DNA from: Thermoplasmatota archaeon
GTDB taxonomy: Archaea > Thermoplasmatota > Poseidoniia > Poseidoniales > Poseidoniaceae
Direction of reading: 5' to 3'
Assembly (NCBI GenBank): GCA_036160375.1
Contig: JAYYDY010000063.1
Span: 1-44,027, forward strand
Length of the DNA stretch: 44,027 nucleotides
The notes beneath the pieces were generated by a model. The model saw nothing but the letters and a program-made list of their open reading frames with translations, made no database searches and had not been told where the DNA came from. The translations under genes and the position numbers were made by a program. Positions 9,046-17,432 of the stretch are shown here, piece by piece; the stretch's first letter is position 1, and every line of letters starts with the position of its first letter.

Positions 9046-10056
9046 ATGGCGGATTCCCCCGTATCCATCAACACCCCGGGCGGCGCAAACGAAGCACCGG
9101 CCGGCCCATCCCCCCAAGAGCAGAAGCAAATGGAACAGGCGTACGCTCAGATGAAGCGGAAGATGGCCATGGAGGAAATCGGTCGCAAGATCAAACACAA
9201 AATCATGGTCTTGTCCGGAAAAGGCGGCGTTGGAAAGTCCACCGTCTCCACCGGTCTTGCCCTCTCACTGGCCCAACAAGGCCACACGGTGGGCATCCTT
9301 GACATCGACATCACCGGGCCGAACGTTCCCAAGATGATGGGCCTTGACGGGCGTCGCCTCCACGTTGAAAACAAGCGCATTCATCCCGCTCAAGGCCACC
9401 TTGGTGTGAAGGTCATCAGCATGGCCTTCCTCCTCGAGGACGAAGACACCCCGGTGGTCTGGCGCGGTCCCATCAAGTTGGGCGCCATCCAGCAATTCAT
9501 CGGCGATGTGGAATGGGGAGAATTGGACTACCTCATCATCGATTTCCCGCCCGGCACCTCGGACGAACCGTTGACGGTGGCGCAATCCCTTCCCGACATC
9601 GACGGCATGGTCATCGTTACAACGCCGCAGCAAGTGGCGCTGCTGGACAGCCGAAAATCCATCACGTTTTCCGAATCCCTCAAGGTGCCCGTGCTCGGTG
9701 TGGTTGAGAACATGAGCGGGTTCACGGTGAACGGCACGACCTCACCTGGAACCGAGGTCAACATCGCCGCTCCCGGCGGCAAAACGCTGGCCACCACGGC
9801 CGACGACGAAGGGAAGTTTTCCGTAACGCTGGACATTTTCAAGGAAGGCGGGGGCAAGGAAACGGCCGAGGAATTCGGTGTTCCCTTCCTCGGCGCCCTG
9901 CCCTTTGACCCCGGTTTTGTTCGGGGCGGTGATGACGGTGTCCACCGGATTGTTTCCGAACCCGAAGGCCCCTCTGCCAAGGCCTTCGCCAAGGTCGTGA
10001 CGGCCATCCAAGACCAACTCTCTGACGGTGCCGATGGCGGCCTTGAAATCATTTGA
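9046..10056 (+). CDS. mrp: Mrp/NBP35 (ApbC) family P-loop ATPase lacking the CxxC motif
   Basis: SGKGGVGKST, DIDITGP, VVWRGP, DFPPGTSD, VTTPQ and VENMS motifs. Confidence 0.9.
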   Translation: MADSPVSINTPGGANEAPAGPSPQEQKQMEQAYAQMKRKMAMEEIGRKIKHKIMVLSGKGGVGKSTVSTGLALSLAQQGHTVGILDIDITGPNVPKMMGLDGRRLHVENKRIHPAQGHLGVKVISMAFLLEDEDTPVVWRGPIKLGAIQQFIGDVEWGELDYLIIDFPPGTSDEPLTVAQSLPDIDGMVIVTTPQQVALLDSRKSITFSESLKVPVLGVVENMSGFTVNGTTSPGTEVNIAAPGGKTLATTADDEGKFSVTLDIFKEGGGKETAEEFGVPFLGALPFDPGFVRGGDDGVHRIVSEPEGPSAKAFAKVVTAIQDQLSDGADGGLEII

Positions 10057-10065
10057 GGTGAGCAC

Positions 10066-10419
10066 ATGACCGAAGTCTTGCCCACGCTCAAGAAGCTTGA
10101 ACGCCGTGCACAAGACATGGTGCTCACCTATGACAATGGCTCCGACTACACCGTAACCTACGACGATGTGCGTCATGCATGCCCCTGTGCCAAGTGCTCA
10201 CCCATGCGGAACGAGGACGACACCAGCCGTACGCTGCGTCGCCAAATCGAGGCGCTCCCTTCGGAGAAACCCACGGTGCGAACGGTTGGAAAGTATGCCT
10301 TGGCGTTCGAATGGAAGCAAGGCTGCTCAAGCGGAATCTACCGGTTCGAACGCATTTACGATCTCGCCAACCGTCGCGACCCCGATCGAGGCAAGCCCTA
10401 CGTCCACGGCGCCTGGTAG
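10066..10419 (+). CDS. DUF971 (gamma-butyrobetaine hydroxylase N-terminal-like) protein
   Basis: R.ACPCAKC, VGKYAL.FEW and SGIY motifs. GAGGTG RBS, 9 nt after mrp. Confidence 0.8.
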   Translation: MTEVLPTLKKLERRAQDMVLTYDNGSDYTVTYDDVRHACPCAKCSPMRNEDDTSRTLRRQIEALPSEKPTVRTVGKYALAFEWKQGCSSGIYRFERIYDLANRRDPDRGKPYVHGAW

Positions 10420-10496
10420 GCAGAACGCCCGCAATGCGGGCTGAATGACGACGCTTTGATGAAGGGACGGCGTGACCCAAAACTGGAGGCCACGCT

Positions 10497-12563
10497 GTGC
10501 AGAGTGTCTACTTGACCTGGATGATCAGCGCCTTGGCCTTGGGCGTCATCCTGCTTCCCGTGTTCAAACCGCCCTGGGCGAAGTTGTCCCTTCCCCCCTT
10601 CGTTGATTTCTTCCGAAGGTATTGGGTCCACATTCTCATCGTCTTCGCCATCTACAACGCCAAGGACGTGCTTGACCAAGTGGACCGCTTGTTGATGGCG
10701 AGCACCGGCCTGGACATGACGCCGTACATTTGGGCCATCGAGGGCAACTTGGTGCTGTGGGTTCAGGAGACCTTTGAGGCCGATTGGCTTACGACGGCGC
10801 TGACGCATTTCTACGTCGCCGGCTTCATGTTCATCTGCTACGTTTCGGTGTTCTATTTCGCCTACTTCGATGACCGTTGGCTTGCCGACCGTGTGACCCT
10901 GTCCATCGCATGGGTCTACATCCTCGCCGTACCGTTTTACCTCTTTTTCAACGTTCGAGTGACGGGCGACACCATTCCCGGCATGGAAACGCTGGCCTAC
11001 ACCCTTACCCCGGAAATCGCTGACTGGTTCAGACGAATTGACCCGTTCACCAACGGGATGCCGTCGCTCCACATCGGGATTCCGTTTGCTGTGTGGTTGT
11101 GCTTGACGCGATTTGACGACGATCGTCGATGGAATCGCTATCGCTACACCGTGTTTGCCTACACCTTGCTCACGGCGTTCACCATCATCTATCTCGGCAT
11201 TCACTGGTTCCTCGACATCATCGGGGGCATGCTCATCGCCGGCGCTGCGGTGTCCATGGCCGACCGCACCTCCAACGGTTGGTGGAAGTTTTTCGACGAG
11301 CGAACAATGAACGCTCGCATCGTCACCCTCCTGACCCGACCAGGCCAAGCGTGGGCGTGGTTCAGTGGTCGAGTCAGTCGAGAATTCAACCAGTACCGAA
11401 CACCGACCAGTCGTGAGACGGGGCGAATGGCCGTGGCTATTTTGATCGTCGTGGCTGCCGTCATCACCTGGGATTTGACGCACCGTTCCCTCCCAGCCGG
11501 CGGTGTGGAGGCCCCTGAGGCAGCCGCCGTGTCCGACGAATGGCTGGCAACGCTGGACAACCAAACCGAAGGGGTTTCCTTGCTGCTTCAGAATTTATCG
11601 GCGGCTGACGCTGCTTCCTACAAGGTGGACGTTCCCGGGCTGAGTTTAGATTCCACGCATGCCCTCCAGAACGACCTTCTCGTGGTGGCGAACGGCACAG
11701 CCCTGTTGATGTACGACGTTCATCGACCCGAACAGGTGCTGAGTACGTTGGCCCTCTCACAACCTGAGCACTTGTTGCTGTGCGAGCGAGCCTCGTCGAT
11801 GGTCCTTGTTTACACCCTTGACGGTGTGCTCGAGGTCACCGACCTGGAGGGCACACCGGTGCTCGTGTCGGATGAAGCACACGAAGGAATTGAGCAGTTG
11901 ACCTGTTCGGGGTCTGAAATCGCCTATGTGACCGCCGAGCGACCGATGGAAGTGACCGTCCTGCAGCTTGGTGTTCGTGGCGAAGTTGGCTACACCATCA
12001 ACGCCTCTGCGCCGGTGGAGGAAGACGAGATTCTGGCGTCGTGGGGCACGCCGGTTGACATGGAAAACGCCACCGTGCAAAGCATGGCCTTTGACCGGGA
12101 ATACCTCGCCGTGACGGTCAACGTTTCCGCCACCGACCGTTTGGTGCTCTACAACCGAACCACGGCCGAGCAATGGTTGGCCAGCAATCCGAAGTACCAC
12201 GTGTCCGACATTTCCCTCGACCATGGCATCCTTGCGTGGTCGGTACGCGATCACCTCAACCCGCTCTCGCCCCAGGAAAAGTACCTCGACCGAGAAATCT
12301 ACTTCACAGAACTGGCGACCAACACCTCGTTTGTTTTGACGTCCGACTACAAAGATCAGTGGGGGCCGTTGGTGCTTGAACACCAACTCGTCTACTTTGA
12401 GATGGACGATGATACGATGTCGATGCGGGTTCATGCATGGGAGCCCGAACTCCGTTTGTACTCCAGCCTCGTGTTGCAGGCTGGGGTTCTTGCAGCCTTC
12501 GTGGTTGTCGCTTGGAACATGTGGCAGCGCCAGAGTGAGCGCCGCCTGAGCCGTCAACCGTGA
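10497..12563 (+). CDS. AUR1/IPC-synthase-like (PAP2) membrane phosphotransferase fused to a large beta-rich domain
   Basis: Several TM helices, MPSLH and YLGIHWFLD catalytic motifs, then about 330 aa of beta-rich sequence between two TM helices. Confidence 0.75.
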   Translation: MQSVYLTWMISALALGVILLPVFKPPWAKLSLPPFVDFFRRYWVHILIVFAIYNAKDVLDQVDRLLMASTGLDMTPYIWAIEGNLVLWVQETFEADWLTTALTHFYVAGFMFICYVSVFYFAYFDDRWLADRVTLSIAWVYILAVPFYLFFNVRVTGDTIPGMETLAYTLTPEIADWFRRIDPFTNGMPSLHIGIPFAVWLCLTRFDDDRRWNRYRYTVFAYTLLTAFTIIYLGIHWFLDIIGGMLIAGAAVSMADRTSNGWWKFFDERTMNARIVTLLTRPGQAWAWFSGRVSREFNQYRTPTSRETGRMAVAILIVVAAVITWDLTHRSLPAGGVEAPEAAAVSDEWLATLDNQTEGVSLLLQNLSAADAASYKVDVPGLSLDSTHALQNDLLVVANGTALLMYDVHRPEQVLSTLALSQPEHLLLCERASSMVLVYTLDGVLEVTDLEGTPVLVSDEAHEGIEQLTCSGSEIAYVTAERPMEVTVLQLGVRGEVGYTINASAPVEEDEILASWGTPVDMENATVQSMAFDREYLAVTVNVSATDRLVLYNRTTAEQWLASNPKYHVSDISLDHGILAWSVRDHLNPLSPQEKYLDREIYFTELATNTSFVLTSDYKDQWGPLVLEHQLVYFEMDDDTMSMRVHAWEPELRLYSSLVLQAGVLAAFVVVAWNMWQRQSERRLSRQP

Positions 12564-13234
12564 TATCGAACACGGGTTCGAATGTCCTCGAGTCGAACGT
12601 GAACCTCTTTCGCCGATGGGACGGCACCGCCTTGGAGTACAGGCGCTGGTCCGAGGTTGTCCTCGGCAGCGAGGTAGCCCTCAATCACCCAATCAATGGC
12701 GCCCTCCCATTGCGGGTGAGATGCTCCGAGGATCTCGTCAAGGACGTGCAAATCAATACCGAAGCGCTCGACGTCGTACTCCACCGAAGCGAGACCAAAG
12801 TCAATCAGGTGAACGGTTTCTCCTTCGATGAGGATGTTGTTGCTTGACAGGTCACCGTGTGTGGTGGCCACGCGGTGGAGTCGTCTCACCGATTCGCCGA
12901 CACGGCGAAGCATCGCTTTGGCCTCATCATCGGTGGTTGCTTCGTCGTTGAGCACATCGATCAACGGACGACCGCCGAGGTGTTCGATGATGAGCTGGCC
13001 GCCTTCGTAATCAAGGTCCCAAACGGAAGGCACGGAAAGGCCGGCTTTTCGGGTTCGAATCAGCAGGCGGGCTTCGCTGATCATGCGTCGCACCCCGAGG
13101 CGGTGGTCCAGATTGGGGTGGCGCCAGGAACGCGGCCGTCGTTGCTTTCGTACCGCTGGGCGACCGAACCACTCACCCCTCCAAACCTCGGCCTCTGCAC
13201 CGAGGTGAAGGCGCTCTGTTGGCTGGAAGGCCAT
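12554..13234 (-). CDS. bud32: KEOPS complex kinase Bud32
   Basis: GAEA, K.R..R.WRHP.LD, EAR, HGDL..NN, IDFGLA and C-terminal R.RY. Confidence 0.9.
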   Translation of the reverse strand: MAFQPTERLHLGAEAEVWRGEWFGRPAVRKQRRPRSWRHPNLDHRLGVRRMISEARLLIRTRKAGLSVPSVWDLDYEGGQLIIEHLGGRPLIDVLNDEATTDDEAKAMLRRVGESVRRLHRVATTHGDLSSNNILIEGETVHLIDFGLASVEYDVERFGIDLHVLDEILGASHPQWEGAIDWVIEGYLAAEDNLGPAPVLQGGAVPSAKEVHVRLEDIRTRVRYHG

Positions 13235-13356
13235 GGGACGCCTCACCAAGGCCTTCTTTTTGAACGTTCATGCCCATCCGTTCCTTCAAAAAGGGTTGAG
13301 CGTTGGGGTTGGTGAGAGCCATGACGGTGACCCTCCCGATGTGTTCTGTCAACTTC

Positions 13357-14475
13357 ATGGACACCACGCTGTCCGTTGAAGAGCAAGCCATTGCCGACCG
13401 AATTCAGGAATTAAAAGAGCAGTTGGGTGATGATTTGCTCATCCTCGGCCATCATTACCAGCGGGACAGCATCGTGATGCACGCCGATTTCCTCGGCGAC
13501 TCGTTCATGCTCAGCCAAAAAGCGGCCGAATCGGACGCCAAATACATCGTGTTCTGTGGCGTCCACTTCATGGCTGAATCGGCTGATATTCTCACCTCCG
13601 ACGACCAGTCCGTGGTCCTCCCCAATCTGCGGGCGGGATGCTCCATGGCCGACATGGCCACGTTGGCTGAGGTTGAGGTGGCATGGAAGGAGTTGCTCGA
13701 CCAATCGGGTCTTTCCGACCCCATCAACCGTGAACATCCTGAGGATGTGGCGGGTGAGGGGGAAGCCTACCTCGTGCCCGTTACCTACATGAATTCAAGC
13801 GCTGACCTGAAGGATTTCGTGGGGCGTCACGGAGGCGTGGTGTGCACCTCGTCCAACGCCGAGGGCGTGTTGAATTGGGCCTTTGAGCGAGCCGGGCCAA
13901 AGGGTGCGGTGTTGTTCTTCCCCGACCAGCACTTGGGGCGAAACACCGGCCTTGCCATGGGTATTTCTGCAGACCGAATGCCCACCTGGACGCCGGGGTT
14001 CGGCGCCATGGGCTCGCTTGACAACGCCCGCATCGTGCTGTGGCACGGATTTTGCTCCGTGCACAAGCGTTTCACGCCTCAACAAATCGCTGAATTTCGC
14101 GAGCAACACCCCGATGGTATCGTCGTGGTGCATCCCGAATGCCCGAAGGAGACGGTCGAACTCGCAGACGCTTACGGCTCAACCCAATACATTCGCAATT
14201 TCGTGAACGAGCAGCCCGCCGGGGCCTCCATCGCCATTGGGACGGAGATCAACATGGTCGCTCGGTTGGCCCAAGAACACCCCGACAAACACATCGAGTG
14301 CCTGGATGAGGAAATTTGCCCTTGCTCGACCATGTACATGATTCACCCTGCGTACCTGATGGACGTGCTGGAGCGTTTGGTCGACGGTGAAATCCCCAAT
14401 CAAATCGTGGTGTCGGAGGAGGTTCAAGCCGGTTCCTTGTTGGCGCTGAACCGCATGCTGGCCATCTTGAAGTGA
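13357..14475 (+). CDS. nadA: Quinolinate synthase
   Basis: LGHHYQ, FCGVHFMAE, GCSMA, YMNSSA, CTSSNA, PDQHLG, C.VH, HPEC, GTE and C..M motifs. Confidence 0.95.
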   Translation: MDTTLSVEEQAIADRIQELKEQLGDDLLILGHHYQRDSIVMHADFLGDSFMLSQKAAESDAKYIVFCGVHFMAESADILTSDDQSVVLPNLRAGCSMADMATLAEVEVAWKELLDQSGLSDPINREHPEDVAGEGEAYLVPVTYMNSSADLKDFVGRHGGVVCTSSNAEGVLNWAFERAGPKGAVLFFPDQHLGRNTGLAMGISADRMPTWTPGFGAMGSLDNARIVLWHGFCSVHKRFTPQQIAEFREQHPDGIVVVHPECPKETVELADAYGSTQYIRNFVNEQPAGASIAIGTEINMVARLAQEHPDKHIECLDEEICPCSTMYMIHPAYLMDVLERLVDGEIPNQIVVSEEVQAGSLLALNRMLAILK

Positions 14476-14478
14476 GGC

Positions 14479-14847
14479 TCAAAAGATTGCTTGCCCGCCT
14501 TTCCATCCTGCCAGCGCCAACACGGGCCCGAGAACCGCGCTGGCCAACACATAGGTTCCAGCACGACCCCAATGACCAGCCTCCATCATGGTGATGGTCT
14601 CCACCGAGAACGTGGACATCGTCGTGAAGGACCCCAACAACCCAACGCCCAGCAGAAGGGCTTGGGACTCGGAGAGCGCATTGGTGAGGGTGGCAGCGGC
14701 GACCAAGCCCAGAAGCAAGGAACCGACCAGATTCACGCTGAGGGTGGCCCAAGGAAAACCGGTATCGGGGGTGGCTTCACTGATGGAGAACCTCAACACG
14801 GCACCAACGGCGCCGCCGACAGCGACGAGCATCCAATTTGAGAGCAT
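14479..14847 (-). CDS. crcB: Fluoride channel Fluc
   Basis: GGAVGAVLR, PWATL.VNLVGS and G..GSFTT.STFS.E motifs, 4 TM. Confidence 0.9.
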   Translation of the reverse strand: MLSNWMLVAVGGAVGAVLRFSISEATPDTGFPWATLSVNLVGSLLLGLVAAATLTNALSESQALLLGVGLLGSFTTMSTFSVETITMMEAGHWGRAGTYVLASAVLGPVLALAGWKGGQAIF

Positions 14848-14945
14848 GAAGAAGGGTGGTCCGCACGGGCTAAAGTCTCTCCTTTTCCCGAGATGGTTTC
14901 GATACGAACGGGCACGGTCATTAGCCGTCACCAAGAAGACCAACC

Positions 14946-15611
14946 ATGGACACGACCGTTTGGTTTCTCACCTCGAATGCTGGAAAGTTGGCGGAAGCCT
15001 CCCATCACTTCTCCGAATTGGGCATGACGGTTCGTGCCCTTGAGGTTCCAGAGGGGTCAATTGTCGAGCCTCAGGCATCATCCCTCGAGGAGGTGGCGGA
15101 AGCCAAAATTCGGCAGGCGATGGAACACCTTCCTCACGAAGGTGCCATGGTGCTGGTGGAGGATGCGGGGTTGTTCGTGGATGCACTCGATGGATTCCCT
15201 GGTGTGTATTCATCCTACGTTCATGAAACGGTCGGCAATGCAGGCATGTTGCGCTTGCTCGCCCATCTGCTGAGCGAGGACCCGGCTCGTTCGAAGCGCC
15301 TCCGCTCTGCCTCCTTTCAAGCCGTTGCGGCCTTGTGGGACGGTCAGGAAATTCATGTTGGAAAAGGCGTTTGCAAGGGGTCAATCGCCCATGATGTCGA
15401 AGGGGAAGGCGGCTTTGGATACGACCCGATTTTCATTCCCTCGGACTTGGATGAGCAAGGGAGGCCCCTCGACCCTGAAACCCTCGGTGCGGTGAGCACG
15501 CACGGCCAAACCTTCGGGTCGGTTGACGCCGAAATGAAACATCAATTCAGCCACCGGCGACGGGCACTGGATGACATTGTGCAAAAGGTGCAGCATCTCG
15601 TCAACCGGTGA
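14946..15611 (+). CDS. rdgB: Non-canonical purine NTP pyrophosphatase (HAM1/RdgB)
   Basis: TSN.GK, EDAGLFVDAL.GFPGVYS, GFGYDPIF and K..SHR motifs. Confidence 0.92.
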   Translation: MDTTVWFLTSNAGKLAEASHHFSELGMTVRALEVPEGSIVEPQASSLEEVAEAKIRQAMEHLPHEGAMVLVEDAGLFVDALDGFPGVYSSYVHETVGNAGMLRLLAHLLSEDPARSKRLRSASFQAVAALWDGQEIHVGKGVCKGSIAHDVEGEGGFGYDPIFIPSDLDEQGRPLDPETLGAVSTHGQTFGSVDAEMKHQFSHRRRALDDIVQKVQHLVNR

Positions 15612-15668
15612 GAACGGCTTGCGTCCATCACCGTCATAAAGAACCGATGATTGGATGGGACGAGGGAC

Positions 15669-16604
15669 ATGGGATTCGCAAGGACCGCTGTCGGGGTGTT
15701 GTTCATCTCGGTGCTCGTGTTCTATCTGTCAACCGTGGGACAGTTGACCGATGAAGCCAAGTGGGGTTTTGTCGGTGCCATGGCGGTGCTTGCCTTCATT
15801 TGGATCAACCTTGGTGGACAGGCCAAACCTGCTCCGCGGGCTCGCCGCCCAGCACCAGCTCCTGCTGCCGTCGTTGAGACCGAAACCGACACACCTGTGT
15901 CGGAAGAAACAGCAGAGGACGAAGACCTTCCCGCCCCCGTCACAGCCTCTTCGTTGGACGGTGCCACGTTGAGAGAGCGAAAACTCGCCAAGATCGCAGC
16001 AGCCGAAGAAGCCGCTCAAGCCGCCGCGAGCGAGGCTGAGGAAGCTGACATCGAGGAAGTCGTCGTTGAGGTTGAACTCGAAGAGGTTCACGTCGCTGAT
16101 GAATTCGTGGTTGATGTCAGCCCGGAGTCCGTAGAGGACGCCGACATTGAAGTCACGGTCCGAGACCGCCGAGAACGCCACGAAGCGATTCGCGAGCGCA
16201 TCAAACGTCGTCGCATGGGTCAAATGGCAGATATTCGAGCCTCCACCGCCCGGATGTGGGAAGACCACGCCTCGGGTGAAGACCTGGTGGCGTTGCTTCA
16301 AACCCCCGGTCACGGCCACAGCGTGCTGGTTGAACCCGAACATCCTGCACCCGGTCACGTCTACGGCGCGACCTTTGTCCGCATCGATGAAGGACGCATC
16401 CTCAAACTTCGGCTTCCACTCGACGTCGGCTTCGAATCCGTTGGACCGGCCACGCCTGCGCAACCTGAACTGCCCGTGCTGATCGGACCTGATGGCAAAG
16501 AACTCCCGCCTCTGCTTTCCCCAGATGGCACGCCGCTTGCCCTTCCGCCCCTTCCTGCTGCCAGCAGCGCCCTCGATGCCCTGCGCAAAGAAATGGAAGA
16601 TTGA
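15669..16604 (+). CDS. Hypothetical membrane-anchored protein with acidic linker and Pro-rich C-terminus
   Basis: Two N-terminal TM helices, E/V-rich low-complexity region, charged helix, Pro-rich tail. Confidence 0.7.
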   Translation: MGFARTAVGVLFISVLVFYLSTVGQLTDEAKWGFVGAMAVLAFIWINLGGQAKPAPRARRPAPAPAAVVETETDTPVSEETAEDEDLPAPVTASSLDGATLRERKLAKIAAAEEAAQAAASEAEEADIEEVVVEVELEEVHVADEFVVDVSPESVEDADIEVTVRDRRERHEAIRERIKRRRMGQMADIRASTARMWEDHASGEDLVALLQTPGHGHSVLVEPEHPAPGHVYGATFVRIDEGRILKLRLPLDVGFESVGPATPAQPELPVLIGPDGKELPPLLSPDGTPLALPPLPAASSALDALRKEMED

Positions 16605-16714
16605 CACTGCCACCCTTCCCATTCGGTGTCGCTCCTCATGCCTCATCGCTGAGACGTGTTCCATTTCGCACAGTGCTCCACTGTGTCTTTCCGTTTGGGC
16701 CCCCCATCGGCCTA

Positions 16715-16737
16715 TTTATATACCCTGGAGGGGTATA
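16715..16737. promoter_or_regulatory. TATA box overlapped by the inverted repeat TATACCC-N5-GGGTATA
   Basis: TTTATATA at 16715-16722. Arms at 16719-16725 and 16731-16737. Confidence 0.6.
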
Positions 16738-16806
16738 GTAAATGCTGGAGGAACCTCAGATGCCCCCCAATACCCAACCAACCTGCGAGTAGATTGCGCC
16801 TGAATT

Positions 16807-16850
16807 GCGGAAGCGCCGGCGGACTTTGTCCGTTTAGCGAGCGCTTCTGC
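16807..16850 (+). other. Stem-loop in the predicted 5' leader of the 16883 gene
   Basis: GCGGAAGCGC (16807-16816) pairs with GCGCTTCTGC (16841-16850). Inner GGCGGAC/GTCCGTT helix. Confidence 0.55.
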
Positions 16851-16882
16851 GCAGATGAAAGGCAAAAAGCAGGTGAAAAGAC

Positions 16883-17326
16883 ATGGGTAAGTACAACAAC
16901 AAAAGGGCACGTAAATTTAGACCAAACCAGCAGATGCGTCGCAACCCCAAGACGGGGAAGGTCGAGAAGTTTGAGGGGAAGAGGGGTTCACAGCCATCAC
17001 AACCTCCTCAAGATTCAACCAAGACGTTGGATGACGAGCAACTGACACAGAGCCAGAAAGAGCGGATCATGCATCCCTCCACGGGCTTCGTTCCACAAAA
17101 GCGTCAACCAAGGTTCCGACCGTGCGTCTGCGAGGGCATCGACCTCGAACTGAACAACCAGCGTTTGCTCGACCTCCTCAAGCGGGAGAAGCGAGCCTAC
17201 GACGATGAAACCGGCACCTACAGGGTGCTGGTCATCTCCCCTCGGTTCCGTCGAGACCACGCACGACACATGCGGCACTTCCGGACATTCCTCCGGGAGG
17301 AAAACATCGGGTTTGTTGAGGTCTGA
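16883..17326 (+). CDS. Hypothetical basic (K/R-rich) protein, 147 aa
   Basis: AGGTGA RBS before the ATG, own TATA box upstream, fills an intergenic gap. No family recognised. Confidence 0.7.
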   Translation: MGKYNNKRARKFRPNQQMRRNPKTGKVEKFEGKRGSQPSQPPQDSTKTLDDEQLTQSQKERIMHPSTGFVPQKRQPRFRPCVCEGIDLELNNQRLLDLLKREKRAYDDETGTYRVLVISPRFRRDHARHMRHFRTFLREENIGFVEV

Positions 17327-17327
17327 A

Positions 17328-17411
17328 TCGAGCCAGCAAGACCGTGGCCGGGCACACTCCCGGACAAGAGGGGGGCAATCGCGCCCCCTCACCTCTTGCC
17401 GACAGGCTCGA
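17328..17411. other. GC-rich multibranch structured element between convergent genes (candidate RNA element)
   Basis: Nested helices TCGAGCC/GGCTCGA, GCAAGA/TCTTGC, CCGGG/CCCGG and GAGGGGG(G)C/GCCCCCTC. Confidence 0.5.
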
Positions 17412-17432
17412 CAGCGTGTCTGCGCCGCTTCC

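Noticed and set aside
14917-14950. GCTAATGAC on the minus strand upstream of crcB, resembling the 3' part of a fluoride riboswitch
   Set aside because: I could not find the 5' GGnGATGGnGT element or P1 stem at the right spacing, and the aptamer would overlap the rdgB start. A cmsearch with the Rfam fluoride/crcB model would settle it.
16741-16882. Fragments resembling the c-di-AMP riboswitch or RNase P RNA (GGAGGAACC, GCCTGAAT)
   Set aside because: Motif order and the other conserved elements do not match either family.
17324-17411. TGA stop plus downstream hairpins as a selenocysteine readthrough signal
   Set aside because: No archaeal SECIS GAA/A core, no redox motif at the TGA and no Sec machinery in the window.
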